From the NCBI GenBank assembly GCA_964270895.1, contig OZ185435.1: a stretch of DNA of 64,000 bases. One strand, 5' to 3'. The position numbers and the translations under genes are program-made. This document shows, piece after piece, positions 1-13,712 of this stretch. The notes under the pieces were generated by a model. That model did no database searches and had not been told where the DNA came from. It saw only the letters and a program-made list of their open reading frames with translations. Source of the DNA: Podarcis filfolensis (Eukaryota). Within the stretch, counting starts at the first letter, position 1. Each line of letters begins with the position of its first letter.

Positions 1-32
1 TTGGCGCTGGACCTCATGAGATTGCTATTACA

Positions 33-80
33 CTTATGCCCTGCTTGTGGACTTCCCATAGTCATCTGGTTGGCCACTGC
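33..80 (+). mobile_element. CR1 LINE 3' UTR fragment
   Basis: CTTATGCCCTGCTTGTGGACTTCCCATAG-CATCTGGTTGGCCACTG matches the squamate CR1 3' UTR motif also seen at about 18420-18450 and, reverse-complemented, at 314-403 and 58800-58987. Confidence 0.6.
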
Positions 81-313
81 AATGTAAGTAACATAAGCAG
101 TTTATTCAGTGGATTTTGGGGTGAAACTGAAGGTGGTAGATGTATGTATGGTATGGATGGGGGGAGCTCAAATTTCTTATAGTGTTTCTCTCAGGGCAAT
201 GGCAGTGGCCAGAGGTGGATAGAAGGAAGACTGCATTGTGTTCCAGTTATCTTTTTCTCCCCTGCCTTGAATTACCCCAATCCTGGAAAGAATGCCCAGT
301 CTTCAGAGCTATT

Positions 314-403
314 AACATAAGAGCATCAGAACCTGGATCAGACCAAAGGCCCATTTGTCCAGCATCCTGTTCTCACAGTGGCCAACCAGGTGCCAATGGG
401 AAG
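314..403 (-). mobile_element. CR1 LINE 3' UTR fragment
   Basis: AACATAAGA...TGGATCAGACCAAAGGCCCATTTGTCCAGCATCCTGTTCTCACAGTGGCCAACCAG, near-identical to the copy at 58800-58890. Confidence 0.7.
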
Positions 404-495
404 GTTACTTCTATGCTCATTTCCACACACACACTACTTCCATCTTTTTCCCAGTGACGTTCCTATCTACTTCAAGCATTACTGATTAATTGTAT

Positions 496-692
496 TTCTC
501 CAAGGAGCTCAAGGTGGCGTACATGGTTCTTCCCTTCCTCATTTAATCCCCACAACAACCCTGTGAGGTTGGTTAGTCTGAGTGGCAGTGACTGGCCCAA
601 GGTCACCCGGTGAGCTTCAAGGCCAAGTGAGGATTTGAACCCTGGTCTTCTGGGTCCTAGTCCAACACGCTAACCACTACACCACACTGACT
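496..692 (-). mobile_element. tRNA-derived CORE/MIR-like SINE (Squam3-like)
   Basis: Reverse strand has Pol III box A (TGGTGTAGTGG), box B (GGTTCAAATCC) and the GGGTGACCTTGGGCCAGTCAC...ACCTCACAGGGTTGTTGTG core; related copies at 15990, 20591, 20858, 55823. Confidence 0.75.
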
Positions 693-750
693 CCAGTTGT
701 GCTGTTAGGCTATGATGCCAATTTATTAGGCTTACACTGAGTAAGGAACT

Positions 751-1121
751 GTTGTTGTTGTTTAGTCGTTTAGTCGTGTCCGACTCTTCGTGACCCCATG
801 GACCAGAGCACGCCAGGCACTCCTGTCTTCCACTGCCTCCCGCAGTTTGGTCAGACTCATGTTTGTAGCTTCGCGAACACTGTCCAACCATCTCGTCCTC
901 TGTCGTCCCCTTCTCCTTGTGCCCTCCATCTTTCCCAACATCAGGGTCTTTTCCAGGGAGTCTTCTCTTCTCATGAGGTGGCCAAAGTATTGGAGCCTCA
1001 GCTTCACAGTCTGTCCTTCCAGTGAGCACTCAGGGCTGATTTCCTTCAGAATGGATAGGTTTGATCTTCTTGCAGTCCATGGGACTCTCAAGAGTTTCCT
1101 CCAGCACCATAATTCAAAAGC
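751..1121 (-). mobile_element. BovB (RTE clade) LINE, 5'-truncated 3' end with (CAA)n tail
   Basis: ORF 762-1091 encodes the BovB RT C-terminus (LQYFGHLMRREDSLEKTLMLGKMEG...RTRLND); 8-bp TSD AAGGAACT at 743-750 and 1122-1129. Confidence 0.95.
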
Positions 1122-2527
1122 AAGGAACTAGACAAGTACAATCACTGCTGCAGCATAAACTGGGAATGCCACAAACTGGGAATTGACCAGTATAGAAGTA
1201 ATATCTGCCAACTATAGACTCATATTGGTTTTTTTCCCCATACACTCTAATTTATCACTGACTGGCATGGCGGTGTGGACTTTCACACTAATGCATATCA
1301 GTGTATGGAAGAACAAAGTGGTATATGTATGGATTAGCAAGCTAATATTGCTAATAAATTTTGTGCACCCCCGGCACTGCCTAACTCTGCTTTGTAGATT
1401 TGGGAGACCCCCAGAGCAGATTTGGGGGCATGTAGCAGGAGGATAGTAAGCTCAAGGAAGTCACTGGATTCCACTCATTATCTTTATCTTTCAATCAGAC
1501 CCCATGTCAGCCAACACCTTCACTGTGTTGTGAGAAGCCATTTTCCATTAACTTGCTGAAGTCTACCTCGTAAAGTCTCTTTTTCGTATGCAAAGGATGA
1601 ATAGTAAGCTGCTCAACAGGGTCTGAAATATATGAGGCATTTGTGACCCTGCTGCTTATAAAAATACGAAAAGTATTGTTCACCTCTATATTAGTTGCAG
1701 ACCTATTGTTAATTCTGTGATAAAGTATTAACAGGAATATAATTCCAGCTGAAGTCGTGCAAATGCTTCTAGGTCATTTATTTGTCAAGCAGAAATAGTT
1801 CTTTGTGTTTACTTAAAATTATACCAAATGAATGACTTCTTCCTCCAAAACTGAAGGCAGAAAAACACAGTCATGTGCCTTTATGTTGTCAAAATACATG
1901 TGGCTTTAAATGGGGCTTTTTAGTAACTCACTGTAGGTCCACAGGCCTAACATGCCACCCTCAGGCAGAGTTGAGACATATGACTTGCTAACCTATTGAC
2001 ATCTACAAGCCTGTCAGTGTTAATATGACCATATCAGATAGTGTTTCTGACAGAGACCTCCCCACACGCACAGACACACCAGGACTGAAATCCATTTATC
2101 TACAGACATACATTCCTTAAAGCTCTCTTAAAATAATGCTCCCCCCCAAAAAAATGAAAGTTGTGGAATTAAAACAAATTTAAAACTCAAAACACATGCA
2201 ATGCTACAATACAAACACACACATTCACTCTATTATTGGGATGGGAGGAAATTCCAGAACTTTCTCTAGAGCTGGTTATATGTGGGGAGGAATAAAGAAG
2301 AGGAAGCACCAAAATGTCAGAATGTCCCCCACCCATAAAAAGAAGTCAAAGCCTCAAACTAGTGTTCAAAAGTGGAATTTGTGTCCAGTGAATTCCAACA
2401 CACAATCTTTGTCAGGAACACAATTTAACAAATATAATAAAAGCCACTGCAGATGCTGAAATGCTAAACAATAACTATAAATCTTATAATAAAGATTATG
2501 CACAATTAAATAGTGTATAAACAATTC

Positions 2528-2528
<1 letters not shown>

Positions 2529-2603
<75 letters not shown>
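2529..2603. repeat. compound (TC)n(TG)n microsatellite
   Basis: direct reading. Confidence 0.95.
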
Positions 2604-2605
<2 letters not shown>

Positions 2606-3190
2606 GCTGCTTGGGGTTTTGTTTTTTGTATCCACAGTTTTCAATAATTTAAAATAAATTTTAAAAAAATAAAATAAACTTTACTTATTTAAGTGCCACA
2701 TATGACTCTCTTTGCCTCTCTGCGTCTCTCTCTTTTAAAGGTGGGGATAATATTTCAAGAACCAAACTGGAAGAGAGGAGCAAAACACAGAGAAAATTTT
2801 TTTGAAATACACACAACTACAGGCCATGGATTATATATGACACAGTTCCACCAATGCACAGGAAAATGTATAAGTTATATACAAACGTGTGTGCATGCAC
2901 ACCCACCCACACACCCACACCCCTGGTATAACCACAAAATGAAATGTGAATAAACTATGCTAAGCCAATCGCATTTCACACTTCATGGTTTCTTCCCCTG
3001 TAGAAATTGCTAAGTTTCCCATGTGTCCTGTTTTACAGAGGACTGTCCTCTACTTGAACAGCTGTCAGAAGACGGCCTTTTCTTTGAAGTAGTCTTCTAT
3101 ATGAAGGGCTATCTAGAACTATAAGAAGGGAGCACAGGGGCACTGAAAATGCCCATCAAAACTGTCTATGTCACCTCACATGTCTTTCCC

Positions 3191-3511
3191 CATGGGTAGG
3201 CAAACTAAGGCCCGGGGGCCGGATCTGGCCCAATCATCTTCTAAATCTGGCCCGTGGACGGTCTGGAAATCAGCGTGTTTTTACATGAGTAGAATGTGTC
3301 CTTTTGTTTAAAATGCATCTCTGGGTTATTTGTGGGGCCTGCCTGGTGTTTTTACATGAGTAGAATGTATGCTTTTTTAAAAAATGCATCTCTGGGTTAT
3401 TTGTGGGGCATAGGAATTTGTTCATATTTTTTTTCAAAATCTAGTCCAGCCCCCCACAAGGTCTGAGGGACAGTGGTCCGGCTCCCTGCTGAAAAATTTT
3501 GCTGACCCCTG
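3191..3511 (+). mobile_element. non-autonomous hAT MITE
   Basis: Termini CATGGGTAGGCAAAC / TTTGCTGACCCCTG; 8-bp TSD TCTTTCCC (3183-3190, 3512-3519); same family as 37420-37670 and 47932-48172. Confidence 0.9.
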
Positions 3512-4154
3512 TCTTTCCCACTAAGGTGAGAAATATTGTATTTCCATTTACCCCCAATAGCTCCTTAGTGTCACAGAATCATGTTGCTAATTCATTGCAT
3601 GCCCCCCCACCCATAATTCCTAAATATTAATCTGAAATGCTGCTGCCTAGCCCATTGCATCCATTTTTTTTAAAAAAACCTATAACCTGCATCAGGGATG
3701 ATCAACTGCTGCCCCATGGTAGCAATTTGTCTGGCCTCTGACAGATTTCAATTAAGTTTTGCTTTTTAAAAAATGCCCAAAGTTTTTCTATGAAGGAAAA
3801 TAACATTGTTTTCAAAATGTTTAAATGACAGATAGATTCTACAATTTAATGTTACATATTTCTTTGGGTTTTGCATCTAATATCCTAGCTACTCACAACT
3901 GTGTGGGTACACCGAGATGGCAAAACGTGATAGAATTTGACTTCCTGAGAGTAGAGCCACAGCCACATTCACACCATACATTTAAAGCATTATGATACTT
4001 TAAACAGTCATGGTTTCCCCCAAACCATGCTTTAAAAAACCATGCTTAAAATGTATGGTGTGTACAGTATTTGGTCATGTAAAGGCAAGGCCAGTTTATA
4101 TACATTTCTGATACTTGGACCACAGTCTAAAAAACAGGAAATGACCTCTTCCGT

Positions 4155-4158
<4 letters not shown>

Positions 4159-4193
<35 letters not shown>
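4159..4193. repeat. (GA)n microsatellite
   Basis: direct reading. Confidence 0.95.
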
Positions 4194-4197
<4 letters not shown>

Positions 4198-6000
4198 CCA
4201 TATAAATCCAGTTTCAGTCTTTGTAGCTTCATCCAGACAAGTGATCTACATCTGCCTGTATATATATTTTTCCTTCCTTCTCCCTCACATAAATTGTACC
4301 CCAATTCCTCATAGAAAAGAAAAGACAGAGGTTCAAAAGCTATAATATATGTTGGACACATTTTTAGATAGGGTGCAGGAGAATGAGAAGATCATCCATA
4401 CCAGAAGTATTTAATTTTATAGTCAGAGACTATTGTTGCCAATTCCAATGAATATAGAAAATGAATATAGAAATATAGAATATAGAAAATGAAAAACAGT
4501 TGGATTGTACGGTGTATGTATTCCTCCCCCGTCTGTATGTACACACCAACCAACACACACACACTCTTTATCTTTCTTTTGGGGACAGAGTAGAGAAAGA
4601 GAAACTTTTGATCTGCAGCCTGCACAGAAGCAACTCAAGTTAAAAGAGCAGTGTCAGATTTATTATAGCACTGAAAAGCACTGATATTATGCCTGCCATT
4701 ACTCAGTGACCTCCTTAGATTTTTGCCATTTTGGTGTGAGATTTATTGTCTCTAGTATTTTAAATGCAAAAGGATATGTCCTGTTAATATTCCTGTTCTC
4801 CTCGGGAGCGATGACTTCCTGTTTTGCCAAGCCTATGGGTAAAGAAGACACAAACCACAAGTGCCAACACTATGTAATTTTTTGGGGGTCCTGAGCTGCT
4901 AATTTCTCAGCCTTCCTATGTGTTCTGTCAAGATGCAGCCTCAAAGTCTAGACCAAGAGATATCTATGAGAGAAAATGCACATCAGTATTTCAAGCCCTT
5001 GAAATTTATTCTTGCCATCTGACAGTTGCTTGGAGATACAATCTCAATTTTTTGCAGTAGGCCCTTCAAGGGAATATTTATGGCAGATACAACTGTAATT
5101 ATTTACCTGTAACGAAGTCCAGGTCTGCCTGCTCCAGGTGATTCAGACAACAGAAGGACATGGAGCAAATATTAATCTTTTCCTTGTCCAGTTTTTGACC
5201 TTTTGTGCCCTGTCTTGTCCATGCTTTTCATGGACTTGCTGCTATGTTCATTGTTCTGTTTATGTATTTCCTTTTCTCCTTTTGTATGTCTTTTCTTGAA
5301 ACATTCACATATTAATCACAAGGAAGAGCCGGAATATTTAGACTACCCTACTTAGTGTTTCTCATCAGCTGAGGATAGCACTCAAAACAGTTTCTAACTA
5401 TGCACACCTGCACCTGTAAGCATTTACTGGGATCAATCATTTTGCTTGCAATAGTTCTCCCCAATATTTGCAAAGGTTTACATATACCAGGTAATGGTGA
5501 ATATTCAATGGACACTTGAAAATTTATTCAAGTATAGAAGGTGTTGGATATCATTCCACGTAAAAGCAAATTACAAGCAAAGAAATTGAATGCAATCAAT
5601 TTTAACAATAATCGTAAGTCATAATTAAAATGTACCATTTAAACAATTAAATACGATTCAACAGCCGTATTCATCACAACTATATTTTGTTTAACACAGC
5701 TGGCATTCTCCCTCTTTTTCCCTAATATACACAGCATTAGGTTGCATAGACACCATGGGTGGTATATAGCTATGTTTTACTCAGAGAAGGCCCATTAAAA
5801 TTAATGAACATGACTGAGGTCCATTAATTTCAATAAGTGTATTCATTGAGAAAAACTTAGCTGCATGCTAGCCTATACATTTTAAGCATCACCACAAGAA
5901 TTATGGGAAATGTAGTTAAGTTAAGGGTGCTGTAGCTTTGTGTGGGTAAACTTCAGTACCCAGGATTCTGGGGGGGGGGGGGTGTAAATGTATGGCTTTT

Positions 6001-6191
6001 NNNNNNNNNNNNNNNNNNNNNNNNNNNNNNNNNNNNNNNNNNNNNNNNNNNNNNNNNNNNNNNNNNNNNNNNNNNNNNNNNNNNNNNNNNNNNNNNNNNN
6101 NNNNNNNNNNNNNNNNNNNNNNNNNNNNNNNNNNNNNNNNNNNNNNNNNNNNNNNNNNNNNNNNNNNNNNNNNNNNNNNNNNNNNNNNNNN
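6001..6191. other. assembly gap (N run)
   Basis: 191 N, flanked by a G-run and a GA repeat. Confidence 1.
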
Positions 6192-7041
6192 TGAGAGAGA
6201 GAATAAATTTACTAGGGGCTGGGAAGATAAAGTTGAAGAAAGACATGCATATATAGTAAAAATTAAAGAAGGAAACTCCATATAAGAAGGTGAAAGATTG
6301 AAGACTTGTGTACTAAATAAGATGAGCTTTAGCAGTGGGGGATGGAAGATGCTAAAAAAAAACCTGGGATTACTTTCTTAAACAATCACTGGAGGGGAAG
6401 TGTGATTTTCCACAGACTGCATGGAAGCCAAGTCATGGTGTTATTTGCTCCAATTGTACCAACAGAAAGCTATTTAAATTATGTTAACAAGTTAACCAAA
6501 CCGCTCTAAGTGATCTCAAGAACATACCTTAAGCTGCTGAATGGTGTATCTAATCCATGTTACTGAGCTAAGAAATAGGATTCAAAAAGGGTGATCTCTT
6601 CACTGATAGAGAAAAGCTGTTTAGCCCTAATCAGCTGTTCAGACCTGTGAACATTCATGCGGTGTCTAAAGCTAAGCAGGCAATTCATCCTGAAAGCTTT
6701 AAATTAGCACTAAGTAGCTACTGGTGATAATGAGTTGTTAATTTGTAACTGGCCAGCCCCTTGTCAACTCCAAAGTAATCTAGGGCATTCATAGTTGCTG
6801 AAGTCACAACATCTGTAACACAGCTGGGTTAGACTTTGGCCATAATTCAACACAAAGTTAGGGATTCTTATTTCATTGATATCATTTAGGAATTAGCACA
6901 GTGATTTATGGAGATGGTTGTCAACTTAAGGAAAGGGTGCGTGGGAAGTGCAGCCTACAAGTGTGAGACTCTGGTCAGACTACTGCAATGCATTCTATGC
7001 AGGACTGCTTCTGAAGACCATTTTGAAACTGGAGCTAATAA

Positions 7042-7209
7042 ATAGGAAGCTGCCTTATATTGAGCCAGACCACTGGCTCATTCAGCTCAGTTTCAACTAC
7101 ACAATTTGACAGCAGTTCTCCAAGATTTCAACCAGAACTGCAGTTGCTGGAGGGTTGAACCTGAGAGCCTCGGCATGCAAAACAGATGCACTACCACTGA
7201 GCTATGGCA
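7042..7209 (-). mobile_element. tRNA-derived SINE (Squam2-like), degraded
   Basis: ATAGGAAGCTGCCTTATATTGAGCCAGACC tail and GCAGATGCACTACCACTGAGCTATGG head (reverse tRNA box A); paralogous to 41361-41669. Confidence 0.65.
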
Positions 7210-7291
7210 CTTCTCCATACCGATGCTAGATTGCTAATTGGAACCGAGTGCTATAAGAGTGCTATAAGAGTATAAGAATATTACACTGCTG

Positions 7292-7405
7292 CAGGGTTGG
7301 GGACCCTTTGGCTCTCTAGATGCTGTTGGATTATAAGTCTGATCAGCCTTGACCATTGGCCCATGTTGACTGCAGTTGATGGGTATTGTAGCTTACCAAC
7401 CTGAA
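7292..7405. mobile_element. degraded palindromic hAT-like MITE
   Basis: CAGGGTTGGGGACC start and GATGGG..TTGTAG arm similar to the 136-bp MITEs. Confidence 0.45.
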
Positions 7406-8857
7406 CTAATTCTTTGCCAACCCCACAGGCTCCTGGTCCATTGCTAGACCCAACTTGAAGGTCAAGTTTACAACATTCACACCCAGCCCTCTTCTCAGAT
7501 AAGGAAAAGCAGGAATCTCTCCCACTGTCTTTGTGCTCTCTGTTTTCCCTAGTTGACTTCTTTCTGTCCTTTTAAAAATGTATTTTGCTTCAAATCCACA
7601 ACAACTGACCGGAGAGCAACTTCTGTTCAAAGGCAGCATTGTATCACCCACTTCCTCCCATCCTAGTGCTGGCCACATACCATCCCAGCCTCCGCCTGGT
7701 CCACAAAGTTGTGTGCTAGAAATACAGTTGTCCAAATGGCTGTGAGAAGAGGAATGGAATCAGTGTATTGGATGGTGATATCACAAAGACATTGAAGGCT
7801 GCCTTGAAATAGCATCCCCTTACAAAGTTCATCGAGAGAGGAGGGCATGGATGGGTTTCCAGGGGGGTGTAGCAGGTTTCCTCAAGCACAGCTTGTTTTC
7901 TAGTGGCACTTCTTCCTCCCATGCCAGCAAAGCAGTTTAGGAAGAGAAGGTGAAACTGAACACTCCTTGGCATCACCACCACCACCATGGGAACTTTTGA
8001 TAAAGGGTGGTATATAAATCAAATCAAATAAAATAAATAAATAAATACATAAAGATACGAGTTCTGAGCTCACAAGTTGTTGAGACAAGGCTGCAATCTC
8101 TGCTGTTTTTTTTAAAAAAAATGTGAAGGGTTTTTGTGTTGTTAATCGCAAGAAGACCTTGATTCAATGTTCCAATTTTTAAAAAACAACAGCAACAACA
8201 ACCATACTGTTTATTTTGCAGCCCTGCAAAATCGCTCTCTTTCTTTCTTCACAATGTGTCAATAGCCATGATTTACAGCTCAATTTCCTTGGCTGGTTTG
8301 GGCTGGAGCACATTAAGTAGCAGTGAAATATTATTTAAATCTGGAAACCCAGCAGAATCACTATAGAGCAGACCATACATATGGTGAGCAGATCCATAGG
8401 ACAAGGAGGTGTACTTTTGCTATCTGTAATCATACTTCAACATGAAAAGAGCAAGTAACAATGTGATTATTATGGGAGAAGCCACAAACTCACAGGAGTT
8501 TGCCGCCTGTTCAACTCTGTTAGTGTGATCCTACCTTCTTTGTTGTTAAGCAGGCAACTCATACCCTCTGACTGTCATGTTTCACCCAGAGTAGCCCATG
8601 CTTTGGCTCCTTTCCTGTGTGAATTTCTGCCTTGAGAAAGTCGCATTTCCACCACTCTTTGCTTTTGTGGTGTGTTTCAAACCTGCTGAGCTGCAGGCTT
8701 CGATGGGAGACAAGTACCTACACATAGCTCTTCCTCAGAGAGTTGTCTTATGCAGTCTTGCTGTTTTACTATTTCCTTTATCCCAGTCCAATGTGTGATT
8801 GATTTATCTCCTTATTCCAACCCCTAAACTGGCTAGAAATGAAACTACAGACACACA

Positions 8858-8987
8858 CCAGGTCTTCTAGTGGTTGTTGGACCCCAGCTCCAATCAGCCA
8901 CAGCCAACATGGCCAATAGTCAGAGATGATGGGAATTGAAGTCCAGCATCATGGGGGGGGGGGGGGAGTCACAAGTTCCCACCCCTG
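8858..8987. mobile_element. degraded palindromic hAT-like MITE
   Basis: CAGCCAACATGGCCAATAGTCAGAGATGATGGGAATTGAAGTCC core, ends GTTCCCACCCCTG. Confidence 0.5.
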
Positions 8988-10869
8988 TGGTGGGTTTTGT
9001 GCAAAGCCTTGAAAACAGGACATGTGCTTTGTTTGGCAGCAGCTGCAGAAAGCAAAAACTGGATTTTGCAGACTGGGCCGAGCCTGAAGAATTGTGCCAA
9101 ATTGTTCATTCTCAAACCAAAAATCTTCCCAAGAATTCTCAACTAGAAACTCAACAGCAAAGAGTACCAAAGGAGGGGGGAAGCACCCCAAACCATCTAC
9201 ACACTATGCACCTCCCCAAACAAAATCCCTTGTAAAGAGATGATGAGAAGATGTGGAGAACCAGGAAAAAGAGTGAGAAAGCATTTACTCAGGCACCACC
9301 CAGCCTCAAAAGGGCAAAGACCAGGACTCCAAGACAGTCTACGAGACAGTGAATAACCCAATATTGAGTCTCTCTGCACTCTGTTTACTTTGACTTGTTA
9401 TTTAGCTTCTAAACAGCTCCATTGAAAATGAAGTCCTGTGTTCCTCATTGACACTTATGAGGAATCTAAATATGACTAGAACCTTTTGGCAAAATCAGCT
9501 AAATTTGCAGGCACATGGTCACCCTGCTTTCTATCCAGAGGCTACTGGGTGTGCTTACATGATGCAAATGTAAAAATCCTCCCCTGGATTAGGTTTTCCT
9601 TCCTTTTCCTTCCTGCCCCTGCTCCAGGTGAACAAACAAGGAAGTGGTGTTGCGATTTTGGTGCGTGCCCATCCATAATGTCATTGGGCAGGTGTGGATA
9701 CATCCCCCAATTACCAGGACTGTCGATGCCTGTTTTCAAATAGGAGTACTGCAGGATGATGTAGAATCAGCCTGCAACAAGATTTTTATTTTTGGAATGA
9801 AACCAATTTCTCAGGGGCAAAAAAAACTGCAATAGATCTAGATTGCATGTGGTCCGCATTGGGGGTGGGGAGGAAACCCCAAGTCTCCACGGATGCTAGA
9901 ATAAAATGTGTGTTCACAGCCAATTTTTATTCAGAGTAAGCCACTGAAACCAGTGAACATGTCTAAATTTGGTCCTTCAATTTCAGTGGGGGAAAACTGA
10001 ACTCTGAGAAAAACTTAGTTGCATAGCACCCAGGCTCTTTTTTTCTTATTCACACACCTCTGCCTTCAGGGAAGGGAAAGAAAGATCGGAAGAAGGAAAA
10101 TCACTTCTTGCTTCCTTTCCCATCTTTCACCCTGTTGCATCTCCCTGGTGCTGCATTTGCGACGGATTAGTTAAGCATGTGGATATCCAGGGAAAGGCCT
10201 TTAATTCTCGGTGGAAGTAGATCTCCTTCTTCTTCTTTTCTGTGTGTGTGCTCCGATTAAGGAATTCTGCCCGCACCCCTGCACACCATAGACTTATCGC
10301 ACCCTTTCTCTAGCAGGTCAATCAAGCCCCAGTTGGGGAACCTCTGACCTAATGTATCATTACTCATGTGCACATCTATAATTTCAATCTTGGCAGAGTC
10401 CCTTTTAATCAAAGCTGCTGATTAGAGACTTTTCTCATGAAAGACGAGCTGCTGCTGCATTTAAACATACGGTGCCTGGCTTGTTCATCTGTGGATTTGG
10501 GTGGGTGTTTTTCTCTGCCACACTTATCTGATTCTAACTCTGAAGGGCAGCACTTGTCCCCCAATCCCCTTTCACTTTGACCACAAAGAAACTTTTAAAG
10601 CACTCACTTGTCCCACTATATGTTCACTGGAGTAGCTTTGGTAATAATTTATCCCAAACAGTAGCCAGATATTTGAAAGGAGGCCAACAACGTGTTAGCT
10701 CTTGTTTTGATAATCAACAGCAGAGTAAGATAAGAAAAGAAAATGTTAAGAAAGTAGTTGTTTGGTTTGGCTTGTTCACAGATAATCACTGGTCTATCAT
10801 TTACTTTTTAGAACTATGATTGATGGGTAGCTCTTTTCCTCTCACACACCAATCTGATTAGAAAAATAG

Positions 10870-10870
<1 letters not shown>

Positions 10871-10916
<46 letters not shown>
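10871..10916. repeat. (TA)n microsatellite
   Basis: direct reading. Confidence 0.95.
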
Positions 10917-10917
<1 letters not shown>

Positions 10918-10972
10918 CACATACATACATACACTGGTTTAGAGGTTTAGATTAGTTGGTACTGGTTTAGAT

Positions 10973-11108
10973 CAGAGTTTTCCAAACTTGGATCTCCAGC
11001 TAGTTTTGGACTACAATTCCCATCACCCCTGACCACTGGTCCTGCTAGCTCAGGATGATGGAAGTTGTAATCCAAAAACAACTGGAGACCCAAGTTTGGG
11101 AAGCCCTG
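10973..11108. mobile_element. 136-bp palindromic hAT MITE
   Basis: Long inverted arms (CCAAACTTGGATCTCCAGCT.../...ACTGGAGACCCAAGTTTGGG); 8-bp TSD GTTTAGAT at 10965-10972 and 11109-11116. Confidence 0.9.
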
Positions 11109-11750
11109 GTTTAGATCAACAGATTGTGACACTAGATCTCTGTTAGAGGCATTTCCTCTTTCACACCGGGAAGGAAGAACCCTCATACATTTGGAAGACG
11201 TGTTCTACCACTAAACCACGAACCCCTCCTTTTATGGAGCTCACAGTACTGGGTTCAGAACTCCGGTGCTACAGCTCCATAGATCCTCCTTGATTTCTAT
11301 TTAATGTAGCATGAAGGAGAATGTTCTGTCAGGGCAATGATTTCTTCTTGTGCTTCTCTCCCTTGCTTCCCCCGGCACACACCCTAAATCTGTTCTGTGG
11401 GTTTCCCCAACTCTCCATAGTAGATCTGGGGGAGTGTGGGGCATGTGCAGGGGGGAGGGGGGAGGGGGAGGGAGAAGTCTAGTTGTGCTGGTGCTAATCA
11501 TTGCATTAATGCAAATATTTAGGTGAATACCACCCTATGTTGCCAGAATATAAATATAATAAACTCTCAGAGCTGTGATCTCAATCAACACTAATGTTGC
11601 ACTTGAGTCTTCATTTAAGTCTGTGTGGGTAATCAAGTGCATTGATTTATCCAAGCCCCATCCTAAACGTTACAGATACTCCAAGGGGATGTATTGTGTA
11701 ATGGTTCACTGGGCAATGTTTATGCAACCATCATATCTCCACTTAACTTA

Positions 11751-12176
11751 CCATATTTTTCGCCCTATAGGACGCACTTTTTCCCCTCCAAAAATGAAGG
11801 GGAAATGTGTGTGCGTCCTATGGGGCGAATGCAGGCTTTCGCTGAAGCCTGGAGAGCGAGAGGGGTCAGTGCGCACCGATCCCTCTCGCTCTCCAGGCTT
11901 CAGGAAGCTATCCGCAAGCCTTGGGAGCCCGCGGGAGTTCCTGCCAGGCTCCCACAGCTTGCGGAGAGCTGCCTGCATCCCAAAGCCTGGGGCGCACTGA
12001 GCCCTCCCACAGCTTGCGGAGAGCAGCCTGTTCTGGGGGCTGGGGTCGGGGGAAGCTCGGGCTTCCCCCGCCCCAGCTCCGCACCTGGGGGGGGAAATAA
12101 TTTTTTTTCTTTATTTCCCCCCAAAAAACTAGGTGTGCCCTATGGGCTGGTTCGCCCTATGGGGCAAAAAATACGG
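11751..12176. mobile_element. Tc1/mariner-superfamily (pogo/Tigger-like) MITE
   Basis: TIRs CCATATTTTTCGCCCTATAGG / CCTATGGGGCAAAAAATACGG with TA TSD; GC-rich internal sub-repeats explain the overlapping ORFs at 11575-12203. Confidence 0.85.
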
Positions 12177-13510
12177 TATATCCCAGGACTACTGCAAGGC
12201 TGAAATGAGGTGACCAGCATGCATATCACCCTGAGTTACTTGCAGGGAAGGGAGGGGGAGAGTCGATGTTAGAAATTGTAATAATCCTCTCCAGTCAAAT
12301 TCTGTCCCCATCAAAGGCTGTTGAAACTACTTTATCATGACAGTATGCAGTGAAGAGGCTATAATATTTATATGTGTCTTACCTTGGAAGCTAGTTCAGA
12401 AAAGCATCAGAAGCATATGTGGAAAACGTGACAGAAGAAGCTGAGGTTATTTTAAATGTTGGCCTTTCCTGTGGTTGTTGTGTTAATGTGACATATGTTG
12501 GGTCCTGCCCATAGTTTTAATTTGTTTTTGTTTTCTTTTTCATGTATTTTCTTGCTGCCACTAGATTTCCTTCTGTTCCCAATCCAGAAAGTAGAGGGTG
12601 AGAAGCACATTGGTGACTTCTGTGGCAGCATTCTTGCTTAATCAATATTTAGAGTGGCAATTGCTAAAGAAGGCAAAGGAGTTAGAACCTGCCAAATCAC
12701 TCCCCTCACTGTTGGCACAACCCAGCCATTGTGCACACTGAAGAGAATGGCAATTGACAAAAAGCTTGCTGATTTTTGCGGAGCTGGATTACAACAAGCC
12801 ATACACAGAGGGTGGATTTTTTAATATATATATATATATATATTTGCACCATTAAAAATTCAGGCTGAAATGCCTTCTTAATCTCTGTACTTTCCTAATT
12901 CCCCAGTCATGTCTCATATCAGTTTACTCTGAGCATTTACTTCACTTCATTACTCCCTAGCCAAAATATCTTCTGAAGGCCGTCATGACAGATTTATATT
13001 CTGAGCATCAGACAGGAATGAAGTTCTCTGCTTTTCCTTAACCTATACTACATAAACATGTCCACTGTAGCATGCAGAGGGCTTTCCCAACCCAGCTAGC
13101 GTACAATATTCCTTGTCTGAGGACTAAGGCTATGTCGTCAGATACCCCCAGAGAGAGAGAAAGAGAGAAACTATGTGTGAATGGGGAAAACAGCTCCCTT
13201 TCCTTCCAAGAGAAGTCAGGCCTGATGTGTAGAATGGTTTACTGGCTGCAACTGTGACAGGCAACAGCATTATATATATATTAAAAAAAACCAGATAGAT
13301 AGAATGGTCCAAATATTTCTATCAGGGTGTCCTGCTCTCCAGACTTAACAACAGAGTTTGCTTTGTACATATTATTTTTGTGTTGCAGAGGAGAATGCAC
13401 TGGATGAGACCTTTAATGTTCAAAGGAATTTCAAGGTGCTGGTATCCTTTTTTATGGTGCATTGATGATATGTGGTCATGATGCTATCAGGGCAGTCATA
13501 CACAATCCCA

Positions 13511-13712
13511 GGTAAATGGCATTTCCATGCACTCTGGCTTCTGTCCCGGTGACCTGTTGCACCAGAAGTGGTTTAGTCATGCTGGCCACATGACCTGGAA
13601 AGCTGTCTGTGGACAAATACTGGCTCCCTCAGCCAGAAAGCAAGATGAGCGCCGCAACCCCATAGTCGCCTTTGACTGGAGTTAACCGTTCAGGGGTCCT
13701 TTACCTTTACCT
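13511..13712 (+). mobile_element. Sauria SINE, 5'-truncated
   Basis: TAGTCATGCTGGCCACATGACC...CAGGGGTCCTTTACCTTTACC tail. Confidence 0.9.

Noticed and set aside
670-1131. Alternative-frame and antisense ORFs over BovB copies (also 29541-29999, 32495-33199)
   Set aside because: Shadow frames of the BovB sequence
5916-6285. Several ORFs of 68-121 aa
   Set aside because: They are open only because they cross the N gap
9628-9691. Possible 64-nt plus-strand exon after a strong pyrimidine tract
   Set aside because: Weak donor (GTGTGG), not frame-preserving, stops in two frames, peptide unrecognised
11575-12203. Overlapping 141-aa and 169-aa ORFs
   Set aside because: They derive from the GC-rich interior of a TA-flanked MITE and have no transposase motifs
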